NCBI GenBank assembly: GCA_023445705.1
Contig: JAEXKM010000475.1
Span: forward strand, 1-47,357
Source: Pseudomonadota bacterium
GTDB lineage: Bacteria; Pseudomonadota; Alphaproteobacteria; Caulobacterales; Caulobacteraceae
DNA: 47,357 nt
Direction: 5' to 3'
Part shown: piece by piece, positions 9,652 through 18,629 of the stretch
How positions within the stretch are numbered: position 1 is the stretch's first letter
How the letters are laid out: each line of letters opens with the position of its first letter
Notes under the pieces: model-generated
Told to the model about the DNA's origin: nothing
Databases searched by the model: none
What the model saw: the letters and a program-made list of their open reading frames with translations, nothing else
Position numbers and translations under genes: made by a program

Positions 9652-10314
9652 CTAGATCGGCCGCAGGATTTTGCGGGCCTGGTGAGGGGGGATGACCGCG
9701 GTGATGTGGGCGGCCCATCGCAGCCGGCAGTCCCGGCGCGTCGGACCATTGACGCTTTCGAGGTCAAAGCGGCCGCTGCGCGATCCCCGCAACAGCCGCT
9801 TGACCAGCACCTCGTCGGTGTCTGTCTCCACCACCACCACATGACCCAGCATGTCCGGGGTCGGCGGGGTGCGCTGATCCTCGAAATAGATCAGCCCGCC
9901 GTTGTCAGCGAGGCCATGCATGGAGTGTCCGGCCACCTGCAGGGCGACGGCCTTCTCCGTGCCCCCCGGCGGCAGCGGAACAAGGTCTCCCCCGCCCTGA
10001 CCCGTCGCGAAGAGCACCGCTCCTTCCGGATCGGCGCCGACCTTGCCGATGACCGGCACAAGGCCCGCCGCCGCGGCTGGCGCCACGTCCGCTTCTGTCG
10101 GCCCCGCGCCGTCATATAACCAGTCGGCGCGCACGCCGAAGGCCGCGGCATAGGTCTTGGCCCTGGCGTAGGAGAACGGCGCGTTGCCGTTTTCATTGGA
10201 ACTGTAGGTGTTCGGGTTCCAACCGAAAGCGGCCGCGGCGGCGCTGGCGCGGGCAAAGCCGGCGGCCAGGCGCGCCTCGCGCAAGCGTCGAGCTCTGGAT
10301 AGCTGTGGCGTCAT
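9652..10314 (-). CDS. CI/LexA-like repressor (HTH plus peptidase S24)
   Basis: N-terminal HTH (RLREARLAAG...TYSSNENG), GHSM serine and VKRL lysine of the S24 dyad. Start could be 10314-10326. Confidence 0.88.
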   Translation of the reverse strand: MTPQLSRARRLREARLAAGFARASAAAAAFGWNPNTYSSNENGNAPFSYARAKTYAAAFGVRADWLYDGAGPTEADVAPAAAAGLVPVIGKVGADPEGAVLFATGQGGGDLVPLPPGGTEKAVALQVAGHSMHGLADNGGLIYFEDQRTPPTPDMLGHVVVVETDTDEVLVKRLLRGSRSGRFDLESVNGPTRRDCRLRWAAHITAVIPPHQARKILRPI

Positions 10315-10316
10315 AA

Positions 10317-10367
10317 GCATGTACATAACATACGATTTCGTTTGCGCACAGTATGTATATTACATAC
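10317..10367. promoter_or_regulatory. Two operator-like inverted repeats in the divergent promoter region
   Basis: GTATGTA-tat-TACATAC (10351-10367, perfect) and GCATGTA-cat-AACATAC (10317-10333, two mismatches) in an AT-rich gap. Confidence 0.7.
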
Positions 10368-10376
10368 AATTCTAAT

Positions 10377-10553
10377 ATGCCTACGCCCAGAAAGCCAACC
10401 GAGCCTGTGAAAGACTCCCTCTCCGTCGAGCTCGGCGGCTGGTTCAAGGCCAGCGCGACGGGGCGCGGCGTGTTCGTGATCGGTGTGATCCTGCTGTTTC
10501 TTGGGGCGATCGGCCTGCTGCAGGCGTGGCTCGGCGTCGGGCTTCCCGCCTGA
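10377..10553 (+). CDS. Small membrane protein, divergent from the repressor
   Basis: 58 aa with a C-terminal TM helix, starting right after the operator. Confidence 0.55.
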   Translation: MPTPRKPTEPVKDSLSVELGGWFKASATGRGVFVIGVILLFLGAIGLLQAWLGVGLPA

Positions 10554-10621
10554 CGCTCGGAGGGGCTTGCGGAACGCCATCCACATTTTTACATTATGTC
10601 CAAGTATGGATGGAGGCGACC

Positions 10622-11065
10622 ATGGCCCTGCGCGCCGCGCAGACTGAGATTGCCGAGCCTGAGGCCTTCGGTCTCGAGCAGCTGAAGGATCCGGTTATGC
10701 GCAAGCGGCTCTCGGCGCCGGCGGTCGCGCTATTCCTGAAGACCGCCGACCTCCTCGACCTCAAGGTGGAGGCGCGGATGGCCTTGCTGGGCGGGATCTC
10801 GCGCCAGACCTATCACAACTGGAAAGCCGGCAAGGTCGCGAGCCTGACCCGCGACCAGCTGGAGCGAATTTCGCTGGTGCTGGGCGTCCTCAAAGGCCTG
10901 CGGCTGGTGTTCGCCGAGGACCAACAGGGCGAGCGCTGGCTGAAGGCCGCCAATAGCGACCTCGGCTTTGGCGGGCGCGCCCCGCTGGAAGTTATGACCG
11001 ATGACGGCTTGAGCGGCCTGCATCGGGTGCGCCGGTATCTCGACGCCTGGCGCGGGGTGAAGTGA
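10622..11065 (+). CDS. Xre/MbcA/ParS-type antitoxin
   Basis: GGAGG RBS; HTH ISRQTYHNWK; ERISLVLG; WL.A.N..FGGRAPLE; VRRYLDAWRG. Confidence 0.88.
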   Translation: MALRAAQTEIAEPEAFGLEQLKDPVMRKRLSAPAVALFLKTADLLDLKVEARMALLGGISRQTYHNWKAGKVASLTRDQLERISLVLGVLKGLRLVFAEDQQGERWLKAANSDLGFGGRAPLEVMTDDGLSGLHRVRRYLDAWRGVK

Positions 11066-11754
11066 GTTTCGCCCGCGCGGTCATCCCGGGCCGCACCCAT
11101 CGCCTGATCGCTTCGCGCTTCCCCACGATCGGCGTCTTCGACGACATCGCGGCCAATGAGGAAGAGTTGCGGGTCGCGTTTCTTCTGGAAAATCTCACCA
11201 ATCCGCGCAGCCAGGGCCGGCTGGCGATGCTTCCGCCCGGCGAACTGGTGACGGGGCCGAGCGGCTCGATCGTCATGGCCGCCTTCCTGCATGCGAGCGA
11301 GGACGGCGGGCGCTTCAATGATGGTGATCTGGGCGCCTGGTACGCCTCGCTCGATCTCGCCACCGCCTTCGCCGAGACGGTTCATCACCATGAGCGGCGT
11401 TTGCGGGCCTCGGCGGCGGGATTTCCGGCGAAGATCCAGATGCGCGAGCTTTCCGCGCGCACGCGCGCCGAACTGCTCGACCTGCGCGGCGCCCAGGACC
11501 GCCGCCCCGAGCTCTACGACCTCGCCGACTATCGCGCCAGCCAGGCCTTCGCGCGTCAGCATCGCTGGCCCTATGGCCAGCCGGGAGAGGATGGTTTCGT
11601 GTTCGACAGCGTGCGCAAGGCCGGCGGGGCCAACATCTGTCTCTTTCGCCCCCGCGCGCTCGCCCTACCTGTCACCCAAGGCGATCACTACGAGTATATC
11701 TGGGACGCGGCCGGCGCCCTCAGCATCGTCAAGCTGACGCTCGTCCGCCGCTAG
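11062..11754 (+). CDS. RES-domain toxin (MbcT/ParT-like)
   Basis: HRLIASRFP, GRFN...GAWYA, AFAETVHH, DSVR...G.N; GTGA overlap with the antitoxin. Confidence 0.88.
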   Translation: MSFARAVIPGRTHRLIASRFPTIGVFDDIAANEEELRVAFLLENLTNPRSQGRLAMLPPGELVTGPSGSIVMAAFLHASEDGGRFNDGDLGAWYASLDLATAFAETVHHHERRLRASAAGFPAKIQMRELSARTRAELLDLRGAQDRRPELYDLADYRASQAFARQHRWPYGQPGEDGFVFDSVRKAGGANICLFRPRALALPVTQGDHYEYIWDAAGALSIVKLTLVRR

Positions 11755-11768
11755 GCCCAAGCAACATT

Positions 11769-12209
11769 TCAGCGGCCCTCGCCGCCCTCGGCGACGCCCT
11801 CGGCCCGCATCAGCTCGCCGATCGAAACCCCGCCGATCGCGCATTTGGCCACGACGCGGTCATAGCTGCGCTTCTGCGCCGTGCAGTGGGCATGGCGGCC
11901 CTTGACGATGCGCTCAAGCGCGCGCTTGGCCTCTCGCCCACCGGGAGCGTTTAGCTCCGATGCGTAGAAGTCGGCCAGCCGCACCTCCACCCATTGCGCC
12001 GGCTCTGGGCCGCGCGCTACGCAAAGGCTGTCACCGTCCCCGACATAGACGACCGGCCCGCTGAAGGTTCGGCCTTTCGCAAGGTAGGCCGGCATCGGCC
12101 CCTTGCCCGGGATGGCGTGGCACGGGTCAGCGCTCGCAGCGCCAGGAACCAGCACCGCCAGCAGCCCTAGCGTGGCTGCGGACGCAAACCCTCGGTGCAA
12201 GACGGTCAT
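11769..12209 (-). CDS. Secreted thermonuclease (SNase-like)
   Basis: Signal peptide; VGDGDSL, VRLADFYASEL, SYDRVVA. Confidence 0.8.
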   Translation of the reverse strand: MTVLHRGFASAATLGLLAVLVPGAASADPCHAIPGKGPMPAYLAKGRTFSGPVVYVGDGDSLCVARGPEPAQWVEVRLADFYASELNAPGGREAKRALERIVKGRHAHCTAQKRSYDRVVAKCAIGGVSIGELMRAEGVAEGGEGR

Positions 12210-12554
12210 GTCATCGCCCGGCGCCCTCTCCGCACGGCCCCCCGACCGATCGCGCTGGCGCGCGCGAGGTGATCGCCTCACGGATTTTCGAGGCCAGTGC
12301 CCCGACGAAAGGCTGGCTGCAGGCGTGGTCGGCATGGTCTGGCGCGTAACTATCCCGCAAGGGCGCTTTTGATGACTAGAGCCACTTAAATCGCTCCTTC
12401 GACCCTGGCGTCCGGCCAACCAAGCAGCCGGGGTCGCCGCCACGCCCCAAACCGCCATCAATAGACAAACGCCGGTAAGGGCAATGCTTCACTTCGCAGC
12501 CGCCCCTGAAACCAAGAAGCCGACGGACGGCCGCGGCGGCCGATCGAGCGGCCG

Positions 12555-13832
12555 CTAGGCGAGCTCAATCGTATCGGCCTCAGCGGTCAGGTCGTCGCAA
12601 AGTTTGTATTGCCGCCGTCGGAATGCGGCGGCCGCGGCGCTCCTGAGCAGCCGATGAGCGGCCGCAGGATATCGCCGGCGCAGTTTGGCCGCCCAAAGTT
12701 GGGCGCTATCGGGATCGACCTCGGCCTCGCCGGGGCGCTGCTCGATCATTTGAGCGGCCTCGGGCCAAGCGGGCCATTCCATCAGAAAGGAAAGACCGCT
12801 TTCGAAATCTGGATGCCGAGCGGCGATTTCGAATGCGCGATGTTCAGCCTCGACGTCCTCGAAGTCCGCCAGTCGCTTCAGGAAGTCGCGCAGGCGCCCG
12901 GGCGACAGCGTCCGCGCAAACGAGGCCCACCTGACCTCCTGGGCCATCGGCGCTCGCCCGTCCTGCTCCAGATAGTCGATCCAGACGCTCTCCCAGTCGT
13001 CGTCGACCGCCGCTTGCAAACGGGCGCCCGCTGCGGCCGGAGCAGCGGCTCTTAGCACCTCGCCGGCCCGTCCCACCTGACCGGCCCCAAGCAGTCGTGC
13101 TGCGACTTGCGCAGCGACACTGGGGGTGGCCAGCGCCTGGGCGCTGTAGGTCATTGCAAACCGATCTGGATCGCCCGCAGCGTCGGCGAGCTGGCGGACC
13201 AGGCTGACCCAACCGGGCGCGGCCGGCTGAACTGCCCCCGCCAGGGCGAGGGTTTCCCTGGCCAGCGCGGTGGGCGCCGCCGACAACAGCGCCGGCAGCC
13301 AGGCCTTCCAGCCAAGCGGGAAGCGGGCGAGGCTTTCGAGCAACCTGCGCGCATCGTCGGCAGGGTCCTCGACCAGCCCGCCAAGGTCAGCAGCGGCCCG
13401 CGCGAAGATGGGGTCCAGGTCGCTGTGATCACGCAGCCGGCTCGCAATTTGGCGGGCGGCGTCCATGAAGCGCCAGAGGCGCTCGGCGCTGGCGGGGCGG
13501 TCGAGGGGCCCCAGCCGCTCGGCGATGAGCAGCCGCAGCGTATCAAGATCGCGCAGCACGGCCGGCTTCTGCCGCCAGGTGATCTTCCCGCGACTGGTTT
13601 CGAAGGCGGCCAGACGCCTGTCGATCTGGGCGGCCAGCGCCTCGGGACCTTGCTGGGCCGCAAGTTCCATACGCAGGCGCCGCTTCAGATCTGGCCGGCT
13701 TTCAGCGACCGCGGCGAGGATTTCGGCCAGGCGCGCAGCGCCCAAGCTCGCCAGATTTTCGGCGGTGACCTTCTTGGGCGGACTCTTGCGTGGCGCGCTC
13801 ACGGGCACCCATCTCCTGGCCACGAGGTCCAT
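12555..13832 (-). CDS. Conserved hypothetical helical protein (DUF6880-like)
   Basis: NLASLGAARLAEIL...KRRLRMELA; LRDFLKRLADFEDVEAE. Confidence 0.7.
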   Translation of the reverse strand: MDLVARRWVPVSAPRKSPPKKVTAENLASLGAARLAEILAAVAESRPDLKRRLRMELAAQQGPEALAAQIDRRLAAFETSRGKITWRQKPAVLRDLDTLRLLIAERLGPLDRPASAERLWRFMDAARQIASRLRDHSDLDPIFARAAADLGGLVEDPADDARRLLESLARFPLGWKAWLPALLSAAPTALARETLALAGAVQPAAPGWVSLVRQLADAAGDPDRFAMTYSAQALATPSVAAQVAARLLGAGQVGRAGEVLRAAAPAAAGARLQAAVDDDWESVWIDYLEQDGRAPMAQEVRWASFARTLSPGRLRDFLKRLADFEDVEAEHRAFEIAARHPDFESGLSFLMEWPAWPEAAQMIEQRPGEAEVDPDSAQLWAAKLRRRYPAAAHRLLRSAAAAAFRRRQYKLCDDLTAEADTIELA

Positions 13833-13873
13833 TGGACGGAGGAAGCAAAACTGCGGGTGGCACAGCGCAAGCG

Positions 13874-14071
13874 TCAGTCCTCGGCGGTGTGGCGAAAGCG
13901 CGCGCGAATGGCTTTGTTGAAGAACTCGCCCTTGGCGAAGGCAGCCTTCATCGCAGCGTAGGTTTCAGCAGGGACCTCATGATAGCGGTAGCGACGGCCG
14001 CTGACGAAGGTGACCTGCAATGTCCTGGTTTCAGGATCGTAGGCGAAAGCGCGGATTACGGTCGATGGCAT
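13874..14071 (-). CDS. KTSC domain protein
   Basis: MPSTVIRAFAYDPETRTLQVTFVSGRRYRYHEVP...KGEFFN..IR. Confidence 0.9.
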   Translation of the reverse strand: MPSTVIRAFAYDPETRTLQVTFVSGRRYRYHEVPAETYAAMKAAFAKGEFFNKAIRARFRHTAED

Positions 14072-14207
14072 GGCGCGTCCAAGACAGTGCGACCTCTCAG
14101 TCTCCATCCTTCCCATGGGCGCAGATCGGCCATTCAGGCCTTCTGGAACGTCGCCTTCAACGACTGGCCCGCCGCAATGATCCCGCCGGGGATCGCCACC
14201 GCGCAGT

Positions 14208-14657
14208 TCAGGGCTCCACATATCCCCTGGCCGACAACTCCAGCGTCCCGTCGCGCGCGGGCCCCTTGAACATGAGCCCCCCACGTCTGGACGACCTGGC
14301 CGGAATGTCGGCGAAGGTGACCGAGGACATTTCCTCGCCTTGCGCGGTGCGCAGGACGCCTTCCACCTCGATCTGCTCTGCAGGCTCATCGCCAATATTG
14401 CGGATCTCGATCTTCACCAGGCTCGCGTCCCGTAGTGTCAGGATCTCCAACTTCCGGACCTCGAACTCGGGCGGACGTCCGGCGCCGCCGCCAACGTCGA
14501 CGAGCAGGGCGCCGATCACCGCCAGGGTCAGCACCGCGCCCAGGGCCGCGGCCGCCCATTCAAGCCATGGCGTTGCTGGGGCAGGCTTTGATTTCGTCGC
14601 GCGCGCGGGCCGGCGTCCGCGTGCTGTCGCGGGTTTGGTTGAGCTCGGCTTGGCCAT
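14208..14657 (-). CDS. TIGR02588-like protein
   Basis: LEW..A.LG TM segment, N.G..PA..I.VEG, GYVEP; coupled to the TIGR02587-like gene. Confidence 0.7.
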   Translation of the reverse strand: MAKPSSTKPATARGRRPARATKSKPAPATPWLEWAAAALGAVLTLAVIGALLVDVGGGAGRPPEFEVRKLEILTLRDASLVKIEIRNIGDEPAEQIEVEGVLRTAQGEEMSSVTFADIPARSSRRGGLMFKGPARDGTLELSARGYVEP

Positions 14658-15478
14658 CAGATCACCAGCCGCGCAGTGGCGCATCCCAGCGCCGCCGGGA
14701 GCCCCAAGGTCACCATCATGCTGACGGCTTCGCCAAGCGAGACGCCGTCCAGTCGTCCGAAGGTCCAGAGGACATAGGCGCTGGTCAGGAGGCCGATCCC
14801 ATAGCCGGGGACGCTGAAGGTCAGGAAGGTGCGAACAAACCCGCCGCCTTCCTTTCGAAGATCCTGGCCGGGCAGGCCGAGCTCATAGACCGTGACGTGG
14901 AGGAGGAGCAGAGAGAGCACCACCAGCAACAGGGTTCGTCCCACGTCCATCTGGTGGGCGATGATCGGGACCTCGTCGGTGGGCGCAATGTTGAAGGCCA
15001 GGAACAGCGCCCCGACCATCATTGTGAACAGCTCCTCGCCATAAGCGCCGCGCGAGCTTGCTGGCGCAATGTCCTCCCTGGCGCTGCTGAACTGCTTGCC
15101 GGCCAGCAGCGCGCCCATGGCCCCGGGGATGGCGCAGAGCGCGATCTTGCCGATCACCTCGCTCGGGCCTTGGTCGGCCTTCAGCGCGCCGAGCAGCCAC
15201 AGGACCGCCGCGGCCAGCAGGATGCCGATGGCCAGGGCCGCGAAGGTGTCGAGCACCTCGTCGCGCCAGTGAAAGGTCGCTTCGAAGCCTGCGAAATAGG
15301 AAAGCCCCAGCAGCATGGGCAGGCAGAGCAGGAAGAGCAGGAGCAGGCGCCAGCGCTCGATGCCGAAGCCCAGCTGCCACATTTCCATGGTCATCAGCAG
15401 CGGCAACGCAAACAGCAGCGCCCCGCCAGCTCCCAGAGCCAAGGCGCGCGCATACTGGCGATTGGCGGCCAGATCCAT
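14657..15478 (-). CDS. TIGR02587-like integral membrane protein
   Basis: GGALLFALPLLMTMEMW, FLAFNIAPTDEV, AALGCATARLVI. Confidence 0.8.
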   Translation of the reverse strand: MDLAANRQYARALALGAGGALLFALPLLMTMEMWQLGFGIERWRLLLLFLLCLPMLLGLSYFAGFEATFHWRDEVLDTFAALAIGILLAAAVLWLLGALKADQGPSEVIGKIALCAIPGAMGALLAGKQFSSAREDIAPASSRGAYGEELFTMMVGALFLAFNIAPTDEVPIIAHQMDVGRTLLLVVLSLLLLHVTVYELGLPGQDLRKEGGGFVRTFLTFSVPGYGIGLLTSAYVLWTFGRLDGVSLGEAVSMMVTLGLPAALGCATARLVI

Positions 15479-15680
15479 CAACCCTCCAGAAGCTTGGCGA
15501 TCGCCGAACGCCCCCGCCGATAGGGGGTTCCATGGCCTGGCTGGCGCGCCGGTCATGGTCTTCGCCTCCGGCCAAGGTTTCAGCCCCGCTGCGGCGGCTT
15601 GAGCGCAGGTGAGGCGCGGGCTCGCCCGGGTGATCGCAGTCTCGCCAGCCGGCGGCCGGTCACCTCGCGCCTGCGTCTGG

Positions 15681-16571
15681 TCAGATCCGATCGGAGAACC
15701 GATCGTGGGCGTCGATGCGCCGTACGAGTAGGTCGATCTCCCGCTGGTAGATTTCCAGCTGAAGGAACTGCAGCTCGGCGTCTCGCTGCGTCTCGTCCAC
15801 GTCCACAAACCACGAACGAGGGCCGGCGGCGGCCTCGGCGTTCCAACGGTATCCGCGCGCCTTCAGAACATCCTTGAGCTCGAAGGGCGAGTTCTCCGCC
15901 CAGATGCGCCAGGATGGACGTCGGGCTGCGTCCAGGAGGTGCGCCAAGGCCGGCCGGCCGCTGACCCGCATGGGACGCGCCAAGAGCTCGATGCCGGCCA
16001 GGCAGTCATTCAGCGCGCGGTGCTTGTCGTAAAAGAATCCCGCGCCTGCGGCCAGATGCGCAAGTCGCGCGCCCTCATGACCGTCCTGGGCCCAATCGAC
16101 CTGGGACATCGAGCATGCCCAGGGTTTGGTCGTGAACACCTCGCAGAAGCGCTCGAGGAAGCGTCTGTCGAAGGACGCGTTGTGCGCCACCACGAGCGCG
16201 GCCGGGGCTGCGAACCTCATCACCGCCTCCGGCTCGATCTGGCGGCCGGCGACCATCTCGGCGGTGATGCCGGTGAGCGCGGTGATCTGCGCGCTGATGG
16301 GAACGGAGGGCTCGCGCAGGGCGCTGAACGCCTCGCCTACCTCCAGCACCTCGCCGGTGAGGTCATAGGTGAAGGGCGCCATGGCGAGCTCGATGATCTC
16401 GTCACGCGCCGGATCAAGACCCGTGGTCTCGACATCCACAAAGAGGCCCTTGCGCACCACGACGCCCGCCGCCGCAGAGCGGGGCGCGCGCGGCTCGAGC
16501 TGGCGGAGCACGCGAAACCGGCCACTGGCCTCCAGGGCGGCGGCCATCGCTTCGAGATCGTCAGAGTTCAC
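15681..16571 (-). CDS. DEDDh 3'-5' exonuclease (DnaQ-like)
   Basis: VDVETTG, AHNASFDR, HRALNDC; C-terminal KDVLKARGYRWN. Confidence 0.9.
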   Translation of the reverse strand: MNSDDLEAMAAALEASGRFRVLRQLEPRAPRSAAAGVVVRKGLFVDVETTGLDPARDEIIELAMAPFTYDLTGEVLEVGEAFSALREPSVPISAQITALTGITAEMVAGRQIEPEAVMRFAAPAALVVAHNASFDRRFLERFCEVFTTKPWACSMSQVDWAQDGHEGARLAHLAAGAGFFYDKHRALNDCLAGIELLARPMRVSGRPALAHLLDAARRPSWRIWAENSPFELKDVLKARGYRWNAEAAAGPRSWFVDVDETQRDAELQFLQLEIYQREIDLLVRRIDAHDRFSDRI

Positions 16572-16656
16572 GACCAATGGCCTGCCCGCCTCCGCCAGCC
16601 CACGCTTGCGACCTGGCCACACGCAGGCCGCGCGAGGGGCTCGCCAGCCCCGCCGG

Positions 16657-17157
16657 TCAGCTGATGCGCAGATTAACGGCTGAAGCCTTGCCCGATCGGC
16701 GATCCTGCTCAACATCAAATGCGATGGGCTGGCCATCATCCAGACCGCGCAGGCCCGCCCGTTCAACGGCCGAGATGTGCACGAAGACGTCCGCGCCGCC
16801 GTCGTCGGGCTGAATGAAACCAAAACCCTTGGCTGGGTTGAACCACTTTACGACCCCGGTCCCAGCGCCAAGGCTGGGCGAGGGACGCCCGCCGCCATCG
16901 CGCGAGGACGGCGCCCGCCGTGCGCCGGCGCGGCTATTGTGCTCGGCGCGACCGACGATCCTCAGCGAGACAGCGGTGTCCTTACCGGTCTTGCGATCGC
17001 GCGCCGGCTCGAAGGTCACTTCGTCGCCTTCCTCCAGGCCCTCAAGGCCGCTTTCGTGCAAGGCCGAGATATGCACGAAGATATCTCCGCCGCCTTGCTC
17101 GGCGATGAAGCCAAAGCCTTTGGCGTGGTTGAAAAATTTGACGGTGCCTTGCGCCAT
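16657..17157 (-). CDS. Two-domain cold-shock protein
   Basis: Two GTVK(F/W)FN..KGFGFI...D(I/V)FVHISA domains. Confidence 0.93.
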   Translation of the reverse strand: MAQGTVKFFNHAKGFGFIAEQGGGDIFVHISALHESGLEGLEEGDEVTFEPARDRKTGKDTAVSLRIVGRAEHNSRAGARRAPSSRDGGGRPSPSLGAGTGVVKWFNPAKGFGFIQPDDGGADVFVHISAVERAGLRGLDDGQPIAFDVEQDRRSGKASAVNLRIS

Positions 17158-17231
17158 AAGATCCCCTGGGAATGAGCAGCTTCGCCCTAGCACCGGGTCG
17201 TGCGATTGGCGAGCCGAACTGCCGACAAAAC

Positions 17232-17417
17232 TCAACCCTCTGGATTTCGATCCCGACTGAGCCCTGGCGCGCGCTCGACGCCTGACGCCTTCTCGGCTTG
17301 CTCCAGGCGCTTGCGGGCCATCCGCGCCAGCACGCCGATCAGGGGCTTTAAGATCTCAAGCTCCTCGGCGGTGATGCTCGGATGAACGGCGATGGGCGGC
17401 TGCTCGGGAGTCTTCAT
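17232..17417 (-). CDS. Small hypothetical protein
   Basis: GAGGAG RBS before ATG 17417; 61 aa. Confidence 0.45.
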   Translation of the reverse strand: MKTPEQPPIAVHPSITAEELEILKPLIGVLARMARKRLEQAEKASGVERAPGLSRDRNPEG

Positions 17418-17520
17418 TTGTCTCCTCGGGTAATTCCAATGACCGACCTGGCCTGCTCGGCATTGTGAACACCAGCGGGGGCCCGGCATGCTAAGTCGCC
17501 ATCATGGGGGTGGCGTCTAC

Positions 17521-17760
17521 ATGAAACACATCGCTATCGGGGTGACGCTGGCGCTGGCCGGTGCCGGTCTAGGATCGCTCGCGACCGCCGCTGCGATGAG
17601 CAACGCCGGACCAAGATGGGTCGGCGGCACCATCGCCGGCCGGCCAAATCCCACGATCTGGCGCCTAGACACGCGCACCGGGTATTCAGAGATCTGCATC
17701 GACGCCGATGGCGTATCGACCTGTCGCGCAGCAGTCCCGCCAGAGGCGCAAGGTCGCTGA
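17521..17760 (+). CDS. Small secreted hypothetical protein
   Basis: Signal peptide; WRLDTRTG..EIC...C. Confidence 0.55.
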   Translation: MKHIAIGVTLALAGAGLGSLATAAAMSNAGPRWVGGTIAGRPNPTIWRLDTRTGYSEICIDADGVSTCRAAVPPEAQGR

Positions 17761-17869
17761 GCGCGACCCGCCAACCATAGAATATAGCCCTCGCCGCAAC
17801 CCTCCTGAGGCCTATCCTCCTGGCATCGCCACAATCGGCGCCCAGAAATGCAAAAGCAGGAGAGCGGAC

Positions 17870-17986
17870 ATGATCGATACCGACATCCTCGCGACCAGCG
17901 AACTCGACCTGGGTTCGGCGCTCGAAGAAACCTTCGGGCCGCCGGGCGGTCAGTTCGAGGAGCTCACTGAGCAGCGCGAAGCCTGA
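17870..17986 (+). CDS. Lasso peptide precursor A (leader MIDTDILATSELDLGSALEETF, core GPPGGQFEELTEQREA)
   Basis: AGGAGA RBS at 17858; LDLG.A...T(-2) leader motif; core Gly1 with Glu8/Glu9; immediately upstream of B and C genes. Confidence 0.92.
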   Translation: MIDTDILATSELDLGSALEETFGPPGGQFEELTEQREA

Positions 17987-17991
17987 TCGCA

Positions 17992-18028
17992 GCGGAACCG
18001 CGCGGCCTCGTGCTGCGCGGTTCTCCGC
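17992..18028 (+). terminator. GC-rich stem-loop between lasso A and B
   Basis: GAACCGCGCGGC-ctcgt-GCTGCGCGGTTC (17995-18023, one G-U pair), extendable by GCGG/CCGC. Confidence 0.7.
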
Positions 18029-18062
18029 CTTCCTCTGCCAAATCCGGCCGGAGCCTCTCCAC

Positions 18063-18629
18063 ATGCCGCCATTACTGTCGCTCGGCGTCTTCGGCGCCGA
18101 GATGGACGGCGTCTGGCTGTTGCTCGACGTTGACGCCGACCGATATCGCCTGGGCCTGCCGCCGGAGGCGCGAGCGCATTCCTACCCGCGCTTAGGCCAA
18201 GGGGCGATCGACCCAAGGCCTGCGACGGCGATCTGGCCAACGGGGGTTCTGCGGGTTTCAGCCGCCTGGCTCGCCCTCGCCCACCTTGGCCGGATCAATC
18301 GAGCGCTCAAGCACGGCGGCCTGACCAGGCTGCTGCTCGCCCTGCTCGCTCACCAGCCTCGCGGTCGGCGGCCGCGCCTGCCCGCCGAAGATCTCGTCAC
18401 CAGCTTCGGCGCGGTCAGGCCCTATTTCCCGGCAAGCCGCATCTGCCGGCTGGATGGACCAGCCCTGCTGCTGCTGCTTTGGTCTTACGGTCACCCTGCG
18501 ACCCTGCAGTTCGGCGCTCGGCTGGAGCCGTTTTCCGGACACTGCTGGGTCGAGCTCGGCGGACGCGCCGTCAACGAAGATCCCCTCGATCTTGGCCAGT
18601 ATACGCCGCTGCTCTGCGTGCGCCCATGA
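18063..18629 (+). CDS. Lasso peptide leader peptidase B
   Basis: LLDVDADRY N-terminus; C(RLD), PFSGHCWVE and VNED giving a Cys-His-Asp triad. Confidence 0.9.
   Translation: MPPLLSLGVFGAEMDGVWLLLDVDADRYRLGLPPEARAHSYPRLGQGAIDPRPATAIWPTGVLRVSAAWLALAHLGRINRALKHGGLTRLLLALLAHQPRGRRPRLPAEDLVTSFGAVRPYFPASRICRLDGPALLLLLWSYGHPATLQFGARLEPFSGHCWVELGGRAVNEDPLDLGQYTPLLCVRP

Noticed and set aside
7137..10553. Prophage
   Set aside because: A repressor and recombinases are present but there are no structural, packaging or lysis genes and no att repeat was found.
17708..17869. 92-aa ORF as the lasso precursor
   Set aside because: The strong RBS and leader motif place the start at 17870; the upstream part overlaps another gene and the promoter.
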